Of a stretch of 56,129 bases of DNA, positions 42,884 through 52,497 are shown piece by piece. The position numbers and the translations under genes are program-made. Each line of letters opens with the position of its first letter. The first letter of the stretch is position 1. Source of the stretch: a virus (taxonomy: Duplodnaviria > Caudoviricetes); the IMG/VR virus record IMGVR_UViG_3300047439_000002, positions 1 to 56,129 of that record; one strand, 5' to 3'. The notes beneath the pieces were generated by a model. The model saw only the letters and a list, made by a program, of their open reading frames with translations, ran no database searches and was not told where the DNA came from.

Positions 42884-45565
42884 TTACCTCCCTGATCCAG
42901 CCCAAGCGATCCTGCGGTTTCCTTCGGTGGTTGCCTTCGCAACTGCCTTGGGCTGACCCGTGAGTGCGTCCACGACCAAGTGAGCCAAGGTCTTGTCACC
43001 CACCTGGATCATGTAAGTGCGTGTGGCACCCGGTGCCACCGTTGCCGCTGCCAGCGCGGAGGGCCCTGAGAGCGTCCGAGACGTCTTGGGAACCGTTGCG
43101 CGTGCCGTGGGGGTAACCGCACCCAGCATCGCGGTACGCGGCTCCTGAGACTTGTTTGTGATGCCCTGCGCAAAGTCGGTCATCATCCGCTGACCACGGA
43201 GCAGCACGTATCCCCTACCGGACAGTGGTCCTTCCTTGGCCGGAGAGCCGGGGAGGAAGTTGGTCACTGCGGACACGACCGACTTGGCCTTCGCCTTGAC
43301 CGCACCAATCATCGAGCCGATGCCATTGATGAAGCCTCGGATGATTGCCTGGCCCTTGGAGTATAGAAGCGACCCCAGGTTGCCCAGCGCTCCGGTCACT
43401 CGACCGGGCACTGCCCGAACCGCACTGATCAAGCCCTTCAACGCGTTAGACGCGGCAGTCTTGGCGTTGTTGAAGGCATTACGGATGGTAGCGATTACCA
43501 CCTTAATGCCGTTGATCACGTTCTTAACGGTGTTGATCGAGGTCCGGACTACCGCAACAATGGCGTTCCAGACCGTCCGGAATACTGCCTTCGTGGCGTT
43601 AAGCCAAGCGGTCCAGACAGCCTTAATGACCCGGGTCACCGTAGTGATGATCGTCCGCACCAAGTTGATGTAGGTACGGATGTAGGTAACGATGCCGGAC
43701 CAGACAGCCTTGACTACTGCGAAGATGATTCGCAGTTCCGTCTGGATGACCGTCTTAATGAAGTTCCAGTAGACCTTGATTGCGGACCAGAGCACTTTCA
43801 CTCCGGCGACAATGCCCTTCCAGACCGCTTGGAGAACGGGCCAGACGTAGGTCATGATCCAGTTCACGGTGGCAGCGATAGCCGTCTTGATAGCGGCCCA
43901 CACCGCCTGCACGATGTTGCGGAACGTCTCGCTGTTCCGGTAAGCGTAGATGATGCCCGCAACCAGCGCGGCGATAGCAAGCACCACCAGGCCGATCGGG
44001 TTGGCCGAGAGAGCCACGTTCAGCAACCACTGCACGGCAGTCCAGGCAATCACTGCGCCTCGGACGATAGCCATTGCAGCAACACCGGCGACCATAGCCA
44101 CGCGGTTAGCCACGATAGCGGCAGTGTTGGCGATCCAGGCAGCCACAGCGGCACCACCAGTAACCGCAGCGTTAGCCACAGTCGCAGCGGTAGAACCGAT
44201 GATGGCAATCTTCTGGGCCACCCAGACCGCAGCCGCACCGACCATCTTGGATTGCAGGATGGCCTGCGCCGCAGCGACCGCAGTAGTAGCCGCCGCATAG
44301 ACCTTGTACGCGCCAGCCAGGGTCACGACCACACCCGCCAGCGGGCCGATCCATCCCATGTTCTCCGAGAGGAACCCAGCGACCGCCTGCAATGCCGGGG
44401 CAAGCGTGTTGATCGCAGGCACCAGCACTCCGGCAATCTGACCGGCCAGCTGTCCGACCCCGGGAGCCAGGGCGACGATCGCGGGAGCAAGCGCTTGGAG
44501 AAGTGCCAGGAAAATCTGACCGGCAGCACCAGTGATTGCCTGCATGGCCTGGCCGAGAGCTTGCAGTGCGGACTGTCCTTCGGCCGACTGCAAGAATGCC
44601 GCAAGCTGAGCGGCGAGGGTGCCGAGCATTCCAGCCGCGTTAGCCCCGTCCACGTTGAACACGGAGAAGAGCGACGTAGCGATGGACATCAAGCTAGTGA
44701 ACAGTCCGGAGAGGGCCGTGATGATCGGCATAGCCTTCTCGAACAGGGCAGCCAAGTCGATGCGGGACAGCCAACTCGCCAGGGTCGCCAGGGCGTTAGC
44801 GACCTTGCCCCCGAGCGTGCCTCCGAACACCCCGGCCTGGGCGGCGAGCTTCAAGAAGCCATCGACCACCGGACCGATAGACACCCGGATCTTGGCGAGG
44901 AAAGCCTGCACCCCCTGCAATACCGCGCGCAGGCGTTCCACGTTCTTGCCACTGGTCGCCACCTTGACGACGTTCGCTACCAGCTTGCCCATCTCGCCGG
45001 ACACCCCGGAGGCGTCCTTTTGCAAGGACTTGATGGCACCAGCCATGTTGGTGACCAGGCCTGCGTTACCGGCGAAGAAGGCATCCTGAATGGACTTCTT
45101 GACCCCATCCAGTACCGGGATCACCTTCTGATAGGCCTTGACGAATTGCTGCGCATTAGGCGACAACTTCTTCATGGCCTTATCGAACTTGGCCCCGCCC
45201 TCCGCAGCGGAAGACATTGCATCGCCCACCCCCGCAACAGCCACCTTAGCGATGACCATTGCGGAGGCGTAGGCGAGGATGAATCCCGGGGCAGCCGCGA
45301 AGGCAGCCGCCGCGAGGGGTCCGACAGTGGCAAGGACACCGGCCACTACGCCGACTGCTTGGCTGACCGTGCCCAGTGCGCCAGACACCAGGAGCGCGCC
45401 CTTGGCGAACTTGCCGAACGATGACAAGACCTTAGTGGACATCCCGTCCAGCTTGTCACCGGACTTCTTGACGTTGTCTGCGTCCTTGATAGCCCGGACC
45501 ACACCAGCGCCATTGTAGTCGATCTCAATGGTTCCCCTGATGGTGCCGAGCGAATGACCAGCCAT
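42884..45565 (-). CDS. Tape measure protein
   Basis: 893 aa Ala-rich; ANPIG, SETFRNIV, W-periodic repeats, PGSPAKEGPL. Confidence 0.95.
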   Translation of the reverse strand: MAGHSLGTIRGTIEIDYNGAGVVRAIKDADNVKKSGDKLDGMSTKVLSSFGKFAKGALLVSGALGTVSQAVGVVAGVLATVGPLAAAAFAAAPGFILAYASAMVIAKVAVAGVGDAMSSAAEGGAKFDKAMKKLSPNAQQFVKAYQKVIPVLDGVKKSIQDAFFAGNAGLVTNMAGAIKSLQKDASGVSGEMGKLVANVVKVATSGKNVERLRAVLQGVQAFLAKIRVSIGPVVDGFLKLAAQAGVFGGTLGGKVANALATLASWLSRIDLAALFEKAMPIITALSGLFTSLMSIATSLFSVFNVDGANAAGMLGTLAAQLAAFLQSAEGQSALQALGQAMQAITGAAGQIFLALLQALAPAIVALAPGVGQLAGQIAGVLVPAINTLAPALQAVAGFLSENMGWIGPLAGVVVTLAGAYKVYAAATTAVAAAQAILQSKMVGAAAVWVAQKIAIIGSTAATVANAAVTGGAAVAAWIANTAAIVANRVAMVAGVAAMAIVRGAVIAWTAVQWLLNVALSANPIGLVVLAIAALVAGIIYAYRNSETFRNIVQAVWAAIKTAIAATVNWIMTYVWPVLQAVWKGIVAGVKVLWSAIKVYWNFIKTVIQTELRIIFAVVKAVWSGIVTYIRTYINLVRTIITTVTRVIKAVWTAWLNATKAVFRTVWNAIVAVVRTSINTVKNVINGIKVVIATIRNAFNNAKTAASNALKGLISAVRAVPGRVTGALGNLGSLLYSKGQAIIRGFINGIGSMIGAVKAKAKSVVSAVTNFLPGSPAKEGPLSGRGYVLLRGQRMMTDFAQGITNKSQEPRTAMLGAVTPTARATVPKTSRTLSGPSALAAATVAPGATRTYMIQVGDKTLAHLVVDALTGQPKAVAKATTEGNRRIAWAGSGR

Positions 45566-45579
45566 GTCGGACCTCCCCT

Positions 45580-45867
45580 CTATCTTCCGGGTGACTTGAA
45601 CCGAGCCGGTTCATTCACCAACTCTATGCCGAGGTATTTGTCGAGGACCCGTTGTCTAGCGCGCGTGTGGGCCGCGTCCTTCGCGTTGTCGGGTAGCCGG
45701 TTAGTGGCGTGAGTCTGTTCGTCCTCAATGGCAGAGGCGAAGATCCACAGTGACCGGTCTACGCACAGGGCAACGAAAGGATCAGCGATTCCGAGGACGT
45801 CGCTTGGCCGGGCCCTTACCGCCTTCGCGAGGCACCAGATCTCCCACATCGCTCGGGGTGTCTGCAC
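45580..45867 (-). CDS. Tail assembly chaperone, frameshifted extension
   Basis: Overlaps the chaperone gene in the +1 frame at TCC TTT CGT; directly precedes the TMP. Confidence 0.75.
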   Translation of the reverse strand: MQTPRAMWEIWCLAKAVRARPSDVLGIADPFVALCVDRSLWIFASAIEDEQTHATNRLPDNAKDAAHTRARQRVLDKYLGIELVNEPARFKSPGR

Positions 45868-46372
45868 GAAAGGAAGAGAACGCCTTCAAGCCACCGACCC
45901 CCCACTCGAAGAGGTGCATCTTGTCTTCCAGGTCGATCTGGTCCGTGAAGACCAGCCCCGGCTGGACTAGACGCATGGCGTTGCGCTCCGACTCCGGGAT
46001 CTTCTTGGTGACCTTGGTCCGGCCAACTACGGTCTCCGTGAAGTGAAGCGATACCGGAGGGCTGACCACGATGGACGGGAGGGCCCGGTCAGCCATCATG
46101 ATCATCGCCGAGATGGCCGAGGAATCCCGCAGAATGGACTGGTCCAGGACCGGCGTACCGTCTGCGACCTTGCCACCCTTGATCTTCCGGGTGTGCTGGT
46201 CCACCATGGCGGTAAGCGAGTCAGCCTCGTTCATGATCCCGGCCTCAATGAGGCTGGTGATCGTCACCTTGCGAGCGCGGCAGGTCTGTCCGGAAGGGAG
46301 GGTGAGTTCCTCCTCGGAACCTTCCGAAGGGTTGCTTCCCCAGACGTTATTGGGGGTGAAGTCGGAGGGCAT
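45782..46372 (-). CDS. Tail assembly chaperone
   Basis: LTLPSGQ; IDLEDKMHLFEW; between the major tail and TMP genes. Confidence 0.82.
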   Translation of the reverse strand: MPSDFTPNNVWGSNPSEGSEEELTLPSGQTCRARKVTITSLIEAGIMNEADSLTAMVDQHTRKIKGGKVADGTPVLDQSILRDSSAISAMIMMADRALPSIVVSPPVSLHFTETVVGRTKVTKKIPESERNAMRLVQPGLVFTDQIDLEDKMHLFEWGVGGLKAFSSFRADTPSDVGDLVPREGGKGPAKRRPRNR

Positions 46373-46406
46373 CGTGTGCTCCAAATATCCGTGTGGTAGG
46401 GATGGA

Positions 46407-47255
46407 TCAGACGTACGTGTAGAGCGAGAAAGCACCGGTTGCCGAGGCACCGGAGGGGTTGGTGATGACGACCTGACCAGCGCCCGCAGCGTGAGCCGGA
46501 GTGATCAGCGTGATCTGGTACGGAGAGTCCGCCTGCCAGTCGGTAGCCGGAGTGCCGCCCACGGTCACCGTGGTCACACCGGTGAAGCCGTAGCCGGACA
46601 CGATCACGATCTCGCCACCAGCGATAGGACCGGTCACGTCCGACAGCGAGTACACCACCGGAGCCGCCGGAGTGTCCAGGGCGGGAGCCCCGATGTTGGC
46701 GATCGTCTCGGACTGCACGAAGTCGTAGACCGAGTCGTTGATCTCCATACCGGCCACCATGCCGGTGACCTTGCACGGGAAGCCAGTACCGGAGATCGAG
46801 GGGATCAGGAACTCGGTATCGGCGAGCTCACCCTCCACATCCCCAGTGGACCGGCAGCGCCAGACGTACGCCTTGAAGTCGCCGCCCGAGTCAGAGATCG
46901 CCTGACCGACAGCCACGAAGAACGGCCGCTGGTCCAGCGACTTCTTGCGGAATCGCTTCACCTGGTTCGGAGTGATGCCCGACTCCACGACCACACCACC
47001 CGCGAGGATGGCGTGAGCGGCGAAGGAAATACCGCCGGACTCGATCTCGAACTCGACCGACGATCCCTGACCGTGCGAGGTCTGGAGAGCGTCATCCCCA
47101 CGGAGTTCGGTGTACTCCTCCGTGTCGTTGAAGCTGAACGTCCGAGCGATCGGCAGGTCCGTGAGGACCGATCCGAAAGTCAGCGCGTCCAGGGTGGGGT
47201 ACTGGATCAACTTGACGTCCCGCAAACCATACGGGAGGCTAGTTCCCAGAGCCAT
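46407..47255 (-). CDS. Major tail protein with C-terminal IPT/Ig-like domain
   Basis: LPYGLRDVK, ELRGDD; GPIAGG..V.VSGYGF...VTVGG. Confidence 0.88.
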   Translation of the reverse strand: MALGTSLPYGLRDVKLIQYPTLDALTFGSVLTDLPIARTFSFNDTEEYTELRGDDALQTSHGQGSSVEFEIESGGISFAAHAILAGGVVVESGITPNQVKRFRKKSLDQRPFFVAVGQAISDSGGDFKAYVWRCRSTGDVEGELADTEFLIPSISGTGFPCKVTGMVAGMEINDSVYDFVQSETIANIGAPALDTPAAPVVYSLSDVTGPIAGGEIVIVSGYGFTGVTTVTVGGTPATDWQADSPYQITLITPAHAAGAGQVVITNPSGASATGAFSLYTYV

Positions 47256-47452
47256 TAGTTGTCCCTCCCTTGGGGAGATTGGAATCGCCGAGTGTCCAGC
47301 AATTCGCCAGTCTTCGTGCTGAATACGTGCAGCACGGTCACGCCAGGCCGCTTACCACACCACCGTGACGGGCAGGACACCTCGAACTGTCCCGCATTCA
47401 GCGAGGCAACGGTGACCCGTCCGAACAGGCGGTGTGGGCAGCGGAGGTCCAT
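47255..47452 (-). CDS. Small Zn-binding protein
   Basis: LRCP....EVSC...C......H. Confidence 0.65.
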   Translation of the reverse strand: MDLRCPHRLFGRVTVASLNAGQFEVSCPSRWCGKRPGVTVLHVFSTKTGELLDTRRFQSPQGRDN

Positions 47453-47455
47453 GGG

Positions 47456-47860
47456 TTACCGGCGTCCCTTGCTCGGCGCAGGCGCCGGACCACCACCGGA
47501 CGTGTTGGCCGGTGTGGACCGGTCCGCCCCGTCGTCCGGCAAGGCCTCTGAGTCGTCCACAGAGGGAGTGGCAGGGTCCTCGTCCACCGGTACCGCCGGA
47601 CCGTCCGCCTGGGCGGCCTGAGCGGCCTCAGCGGGCACCATGTCGCGCGGCTGCGGAGTGGGGGTGTCGTCCGTGATGATGAAGTTGGCATCCGGCTCGA
47701 TGGCCTTGCGGATCTGGTCCTCGGAGAACCGGTCCAGCGGGACAGAGAACCCGTTCTGCGCGTTCCACACCGCAGTCTCACCGTTCACGCCGACGGTCCG
47801 CCAGTCACCCGGCGTGATCATCCGCTGGTGAGCAAGACCAATGTACTTGACGTAGCGCAT
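47456..47860 (-). CDS. Hypothetical structural-region protein
   Basis: VKYIG..H.R.I...DW; AAAGG RBS. Confidence 0.7.
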   Translation of the reverse strand: MRYVKYIGLAHQRMITPGDWRTVGVNGETAVWNAQNGFSVPLDRFSEDQIRKAIEPDANFIITDDTPTPQPRDMVPAEAAQAAQADGPAVPVDEDPATPSVDDSEALPDDGADRSTPANTSGGGPAPAPSKGRR

Positions 47861-47878
47861 ACCTTTCCTTTCCTTTCC

Positions 47879-48274
47879 CTATTGGCCGGAGCCGACCAGC
47901 GAGAAGCTGACGTTCCGGGTGATCGTCTTGTGACCGTCATCGGCCAGGTCTTCGCTATCGCCATTCCACTCGGCCCCCATTACGTAGCCAGTACCAGTGG
48001 CCTGACCTTCCAGAGACGGAATGAGAAAGCGCAAGCGATAGATGATCGGATCGATGTGCAGTGTGTAGTCACCCGGCTGATCGTGAACCCATACTACGAG
48101 ATTGCGCCGCGTAGCCACGTCTAGTCCGAGGTCTGTTCTGCCCCAACGAAGCTGTAGGAAAGGACGCTCTTGCGGGGTGTCCACGTCCACAGCAAAGCAG
48201 TTCGGACCGGTGATCCCCAGCGCATTGATGGTCGGATCGCTGATGATGGCCTGCCGCACGAGAGAACGCATCAT
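47879..48274 (-). CDS. Tail terminator
   Basis: Position; PFLQLRW, VWVHD, S.DL.DD. Confidence 0.7.
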   Translation of the reverse strand: MMRSLVRQAIISDPTINALGITGPNCFAVDVDTPQERPFLQLRWGRTDLGLDVATRRNLVVWVHDQPGDYTLHIDPIIYRLRFLIPSLEGQATGTGYVMGAEWNGDSEDLADDGHKTITRNVSFSLVGSGQ

Positions 48275-48636
48275 GCCCCCTTGATTGCACGAGATACGGC
48301 TGCCGCGAGGGCTGACGACATGTCGGGAGCGATGTTGAACATCGTAGGGCCGATGATGGCGTACTTACCGGACCACCGGACTTCCAGCCAGAACGTATAA
48401 GGCATCGTGCCGTAGATCGTCAGCGAGTGCTTGACCATCGGCTCTGCATCGTGCTGGGCGAACAGGCCACCGCGAGCGTTGCCGGTGTTGTCGTTCCAGG
48501 GTGCGTTAGTACGCGCGTAGGACTCGGCGATCGACTCGTAGGTATCGAACACCAGGTCTACCGCAGCGTCCACCTTGGGCAGCAACGCCTTCAAGTTCGG
48601 CGTGAGCGTGTCGTAGTTGAACGTCCCGCGCGCCAT
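48271..48636 (-). CDS. Neck protein (HK97 gp10-like)
   Basis: APWNDNTGNAR, Y..WLE, YAIIGP. Confidence 0.78.
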   Translation of the reverse strand: MARGTFNYDTLTPNLKALLPKVDAAVDLVFDTYESIAESYARTNAPWNDNTGNARGGLFAQHDAEPMVKHSLTIYGTMPYTFWLEVRWSGKYAIIGPTMFNIAPDMSSALAAAVSRAIKGA

Positions 48637-49025
48637 CAGGGCCTCGCCGATCGGGGAACGTGACGAGAGGCAAACGCCTTGGTCTCGTAGTCCCAGCCTT
48701 CGGAGAATCCCACTACGTCCCAGCGAGTACCGGCCTCGTCCACCCAGTAATCGCCTACTGCGATCACGGCGTCAGGAAGCGCGAGGATGTGGTAGTCAAT
48801 CACTCGCTCGACACCAGCCAGGGTCAGAGTGGGCCGCTGGTCGTAAGCCAAGAGAATCAGCTTGAACACCTGCGGATCACGGGAGACGCCCACCTCTTCG
48901 GTGTAGCCGCCAGCCGGTGTGGTCACCCTCGTGGTAGGAACCAGGATGACAGTTGTCGGATCCTGGTCGATGAAAGCCGCAGTCATTCGGATCTGCGACT
49001 CAAGTCCACGAAGGCTGGCACTCAT
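48636..49025 (-). CDS. Head-to-tail stopper
   Basis: Position; T..GG, IAVGDYW. Confidence 0.7.
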   Translation of the reverse strand: MSASLRGLESQIRMTAAFIDQDPTTVILVPTTRVTTPAGGYTEEVGVSRDPQVFKLILLAYDQRPTLTLAGVERVIDYHILALPDAVIAVGDYWVDEAGTRWDVVGFSEGWDYETKAFASRHVPRSARP

Positions 49026-49327
49026 ACCCGCTCAACCTCCACAGTGTACGAAGCGGCAGCACTTCCCGCATCGGCTCCGGGATTAGCAGCGTCCGCCATG
49101 GCGAGGTACTGCTTGTGCAGGTCGCTCAGTTTGCGCGAGGAGCCCGATTCCGTGGTGTCCACCAGTCCGGCGGCACTCGCAGCCTTCTCGGTCCACACCG
49201 CCGCTACGGCGGCATTGAAGCCGAGGTCCTCGATCATCCCGTCGATAACCGCGTCTGTGTAGACTTCGTCGGTATCTGACAGGTCAGTCATTCGACGGAA
49301 TCTATCGATGGTTGCTTCGTCAGCCAT
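49022..49327 (-). CDS. Head-to-tail adaptor
   Basis: W..KA....LVD.TESGSSRKLSDL. Confidence 0.75.
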   Translation of the reverse strand: MADEATIDRFRRMTDLSDTDEVYTDAVIDGMIEDLGFNAAVAAVWTEKAASAAGLVDTTESGSSRKLSDLHKQYLAMADAANPGADAGSAAASYTVEVERV

Positions 49328-49392
49328 AGGAATCACCCCCAACTCTGAGATGTCCCCATCATATCGTACGGGATTCCAATACCAGTTCTAGA

Positions 49393-49426
49393 GAAAAGCC
49401 CGGCAGCCGTAGCCACCGGGCCTTTC
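49393..49426 (-). terminator. Intrinsic terminator after the capsid genes
   Basis: GGCCCGGT-N-GCCGGGC-TTTT. Confidence 0.75.
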
Positions 49427-49437
49427 CCTATCCGCCC

Positions 49438-49857
49438 CTACGAGAGAGCAGTCGGGTTTTCCTGATCCCAGAGCCGAAGCCCTTTCACCAGGTCAGCCTT
49501 CAGAACCGCGCCGTCCTTGCCAGTGCCGGTGACTTCCACGTCCGAGGTGTCCGCAAGGTCGTTGCGGGCAGTGACCTCCGTTTCGAGGTCCGCCTTACTC
49601 CACGTGTCGTAATCGTCCTCGACCGGCTCGTCCTCGGGAGCCCCGGCGTCCACCGGAACGATCGGCTCACCAGTTCGCGCAGTGGGATCGAGAGCCGACT
49701 TCGTCAGCGTGTCCTCGGGGACTTCGGGCGCGTATTCCTCCGCACCGAAGCGGGCCTGGTTGGAGCGGATACGGTCCTCCATGCCGGGGATACCGGCCTG
49801 CACGAGAAACCGCACGTCCTCTTCGGACAAGGGCTTCTCCCAGTCGATCTTCCGCAT
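49438..49857 (-). CDS. Hypothetical protein with C-terminal SAP/HeH-like module
   Basis: YDTWSKADL..E...R....G.K.DLV..L. Confidence 0.7.
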   Translation of the reverse strand: MRKIDWEKPLSEEDVRFLVQAGIPGMEDRIRSNQARFGAEEYAPEVPEDTLTKSALDPTARTGEPIVPVDAGAPEDEPVEDDYDTWSKADLETEVTARNDLADTSDVEVTGTGKDGAVLKADLVKGLRLWDQENPTALS

Positions 49858-49869
49858 GGCTCCCCCGTC

Positions 49870-51138
49870 CTAAGCGTAGATCGCCGGAGGCGCGTACGCC
49901 GCAGCCGTGAGGGCCATGACGATGCCGCCTCCACGCTGCCGGACACCGGTACCGAAGCCAGCCGCCCAGAACGAGTCGATCAGCGGGTAGTCCGCGTTCC
50001 GACCCTTGACCAGACGCAGACCACGCAGGGACGCATTCGCGTGCTCGCGCAGGCCGATCGGGTTGTTCAGGTTGTCCTTGCCCCCGGTAGCGAAGGCGAA
50101 GAGGTGAGTCGTGGGCAGCCAGTCGTCCTGCACCACGGTCAGGGGACCGTAGGAGCCGATGACGTTCAGGCCGTCCAGCGAGTTCGCCACCGGAGACGCA
50201 CCGATGACCTGGGTGGTTGCCGGGATGATCTGACCCGGCTGGCCCTGCGCAGGAATGAAGTCGTAGCGACCGTAGTTGCCCGCGACCGGCTGCGCAGTGT
50301 TGACCGCAGACCGGAAGTTCCGGATCTGGTTGCCCACCACCGTGTTGACCATGACCACCAGACGGTAGCCGCCGAGCTGGTCGTAGCCGTGCGACGCGAA
50401 GTCATCGATGACCATCGTGTCGAGGTCCTGCGCTTCCAGCACGTTATCCGCGCCGGAGTTCTTGTAGTGCGTGTGGCTCCCCGTGAACGTGTTGTTCTTG
50501 TACGTCGGAGGAACCGTGCCGTCCGCGTTGTAGAACTTGTAGACGTTGTACGAGTTGCCTCGGATAGACGCCGTCAGGTTCGTCGGGTTGAAGACCGTCT
50601 TCAGAACCTCCGTGAGGAGCTTCCGGTAGTACGCCTCCACCGCCGCGTTAGCGACAGAGTTGACCATCGCGTCCGTAGCGTCCGCGAGGTACTGCCAGGT
50701 GTACCGGGCAGCGAGGTCGTACCACTTGAAGGTGTAACCCAGGTTGAAGTACGCCGGAGCGATCCGAGATCCGACCGGCTCTCCGAACTCGGAGGCCTCC
50801 TCGAAGTCGACGCCCTGACCCGGCTGAGTAACCAGCTCGGTCGGAGTACCGACGCCGAAGGTCAGGAAGTTGATCAGCGCCTGACGCTGATCGTTGACCA
50901 CGTTGAGGAGCGACATGAAGTCGGACCACACCGAGTTCAGGTCCGTGCCGTCCGCCGTCTGCGTGACGACATCAGCCGCGACGTGAGTACCCTGCCGGTT
51001 GGCCGCACCGACACCCGCCGGGAGGATACCGAGGGACCGGAGGTCCACCAGTTCCATGCCCCGCTTGGGGGTGGTGGCGAGGTGAGCGGGGATGACCATG
51101 TCCGGCGTCCAGAAGCGACGCATGGTTGAAGTACTCAT
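49870..51138 (-). CDS. Major capsid protein
   Basis: 422 aa following the scaffold and decoration genes; FEEASEFGEP; FGTGVRQRG. Confidence 0.9.
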   Translation of the reverse strand: MSTSTMRRFWTPDMVIPAHLATTPKRGMELVDLRSLGILPAGVGAANRQGTHVAADVVTQTADGTDLNSVWSDFMSLLNVVNDQRQALINFLTFGVGTPTELVTQPGQGVDFEEASEFGEPVGSRIAPAYFNLGYTFKWYDLAARYTWQYLADATDAMVNSVANAAVEAYYRKLLTEVLKTVFNPTNLTASIRGNSYNVYKFYNADGTVPPTYKNNTFTGSHTHYKNSGADNVLEAQDLDTMVIDDFASHGYDQLGGYRLVVMVNTVVGNQIRNFRSAVNTAQPVAGNYGRYDFIPAQGQPGQIIPATTQVIGASPVANSLDGLNVIGSYGPLTVVQDDWLPTTHLFAFATGGKDNLNNPIGLREHANASLRGLRLVKGRNADYPLIDSFWAAGFGTGVRQRGGGIVMALTAAAYAPPAIYA

Positions 51139-51572
51139 GCCTGCACGCTTCCCGTCCGGACGACGAGTCGTCCCGCTTCCACAGTGGTACCGACGTAGAA
51201 GCCGTTAGTACCGGCCGGAGTCGGAGCAGTGGAGGTCAGTCGGCCCTGGGTCACGTCCAGGTAGTACTTGGTCCCCGCCGTGACAGCGACGGCGCCCTGG
51301 GTGTCCGTGGTGCTCAGCTCGACGATCTCACCATCGGTCATCACGTCCACGACCTCGCCCGCAGCCATCGCTCGGGTCAGGACGACGACTCCGACAGCCG
51401 CAGCAGCCGAGGTGGCCTTCACGACACGACCGGAACCGTTGAGCGACACGACCAGGATTCGGTCGAGGTCAGACACGCCCGAGGGCCCGGAGGTGGCATT
51501 CCATGCCGCATTCAGCGGCGCACGAAATCCACCGTCTCGCGGGTCATACTTGTCATACCGGCTCACGTTCAC
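51135..51572 (-). CDS. Capsid decoration/cement protein (DUF2190-like)
   Basis: RYDKY.P..G.FRA.L; AGEVVDVMTDGEIV; between scaffold and MCP. Confidence 0.75.
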   Translation of the reverse strand: MNVSRYDKYDPRDGGFRAPLNAAWNATSGPSGVSDLDRILVVSLNGSGRVVKATSAAAAVGVVVLTRAMAAGEVVDVMTDGEIVELSTTDTQGAVAVTAGTKYYLDVTQGRLTSTAPTPAGTNGFYVGTTVEAGRLVVRTGSVQA

Positions 51573-51643
51573 TCCCTTCGTTGTATGGGAACGTAGCCAT
51601 TGTGGTGCGTTGATCCGTAGGCCACAGACCTTCGGGGAGTGAA

Positions 51644-52453
51644 TTACAGCCGACCGAGAACCGGGAACCGCTTCGCGAGATCTTCCCGAGAAGGGGTCTT
51701 TCCAGCGCCCTTACGCCGACCATTCATGCGGGGGGCAGACGATCCCTGATCGTCGTCCGAATCGTCGTCCTCCGCCCTGGGCTTCGGCTTGACGAGGTGA
51801 GGCTTGCGCTTCGCCAAGTCACGCAGTGCTGAGCGAAGTGCTTTGGTGTCAACCGTACCATCATCGTCAACCTCGACATCATCGAGATCCACGAGCCGGA
51901 GAGCGTCAGCCGGGTCCACCCAGTTGACATCGTTCGCCTTGAAGAAGGCGTTCTCGATGGTGAGCGATCGGTTCTTCTCGGCGAGGGCCGCAGCCTTCCG
52001 CTCCGCCTCGGACTTGTCCCGCTCAGCGATCTCGTCGGGCGCCTTGTCCTTGTCCTCGATCGCTTTCAGCCGCTGCGCCAGCGCCGCCTCCCGCTTCTCC
52101 GCCTCGCGAAGCTGTACGCGGTATCGCGCTGCCTGACGCTCCGGACGAGTGGGACGCTTGTCCTCTTCCTCTTCGTCCTCGTCATCGTCGTCCTTGGAGT
52201 GCTTTCCCTTGCCGGACGTGGATCGCTTGGACTTATCGTCCTCGTCTTCCTCGTCGTCTTCTTCGTCGTCGTCAGACCCGCCCTCACCGGTGAAGTCGGG
52301 ATCGTCCTCGTCGTCTGACGCCGCACCGATGACGGGCCACACCGCCTTGCCGTTCACGTATCCGATCGGCTGCAGTTCTTCCTTGGTCTTCGGGTGCAGC
52401 TTACCGGCCAGGTTCGCAGAACCGATGCCCGGCTTGATGAGTCCCAGACTCAT
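51644..52453 (-). CDS. Capsid scaffolding protein
   Basis: Acidic stretch, coiled coil, W.DP.DA, KPHLV, L.KRFP. Confidence 0.85.
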   Translation of the reverse strand: MSLGLIKPGIGSANLAGKLHPKTKEELQPIGYVNGKAVWPVIGAASDDEDDPDFTGEGGSDDDEEDDEEDEDDKSKRSTSGKGKHSKDDDDEDEEEEDKRPTRPERQAARYRVQLREAEKREAALAQRLKAIEDKDKAPDEIAERDKSEAERKAAALAEKNRSLTIENAFFKANDVNWVDPADALRLVDLDDVEVDDDGTVDTKALRSALRDLAKRKPHLVKPKPRAEDDDSDDDQGSSAPRMNGRRKGAGKTPSREDLAKRFPVLGRL

Positions 52454-52497
52454 TGTCTTCTCCCTCGTAGAACTGGATATGACGACGATCTTATCAG

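Noticed and set aside
43829-45424. 531-aa plus-strand ORF (likewise 46071..47258, 50041..51129, 36805..37965, 28338..29465)
   Set aside because: Antisense to the TMP, major tail, MCP, lysin and DUF2786-like genes.
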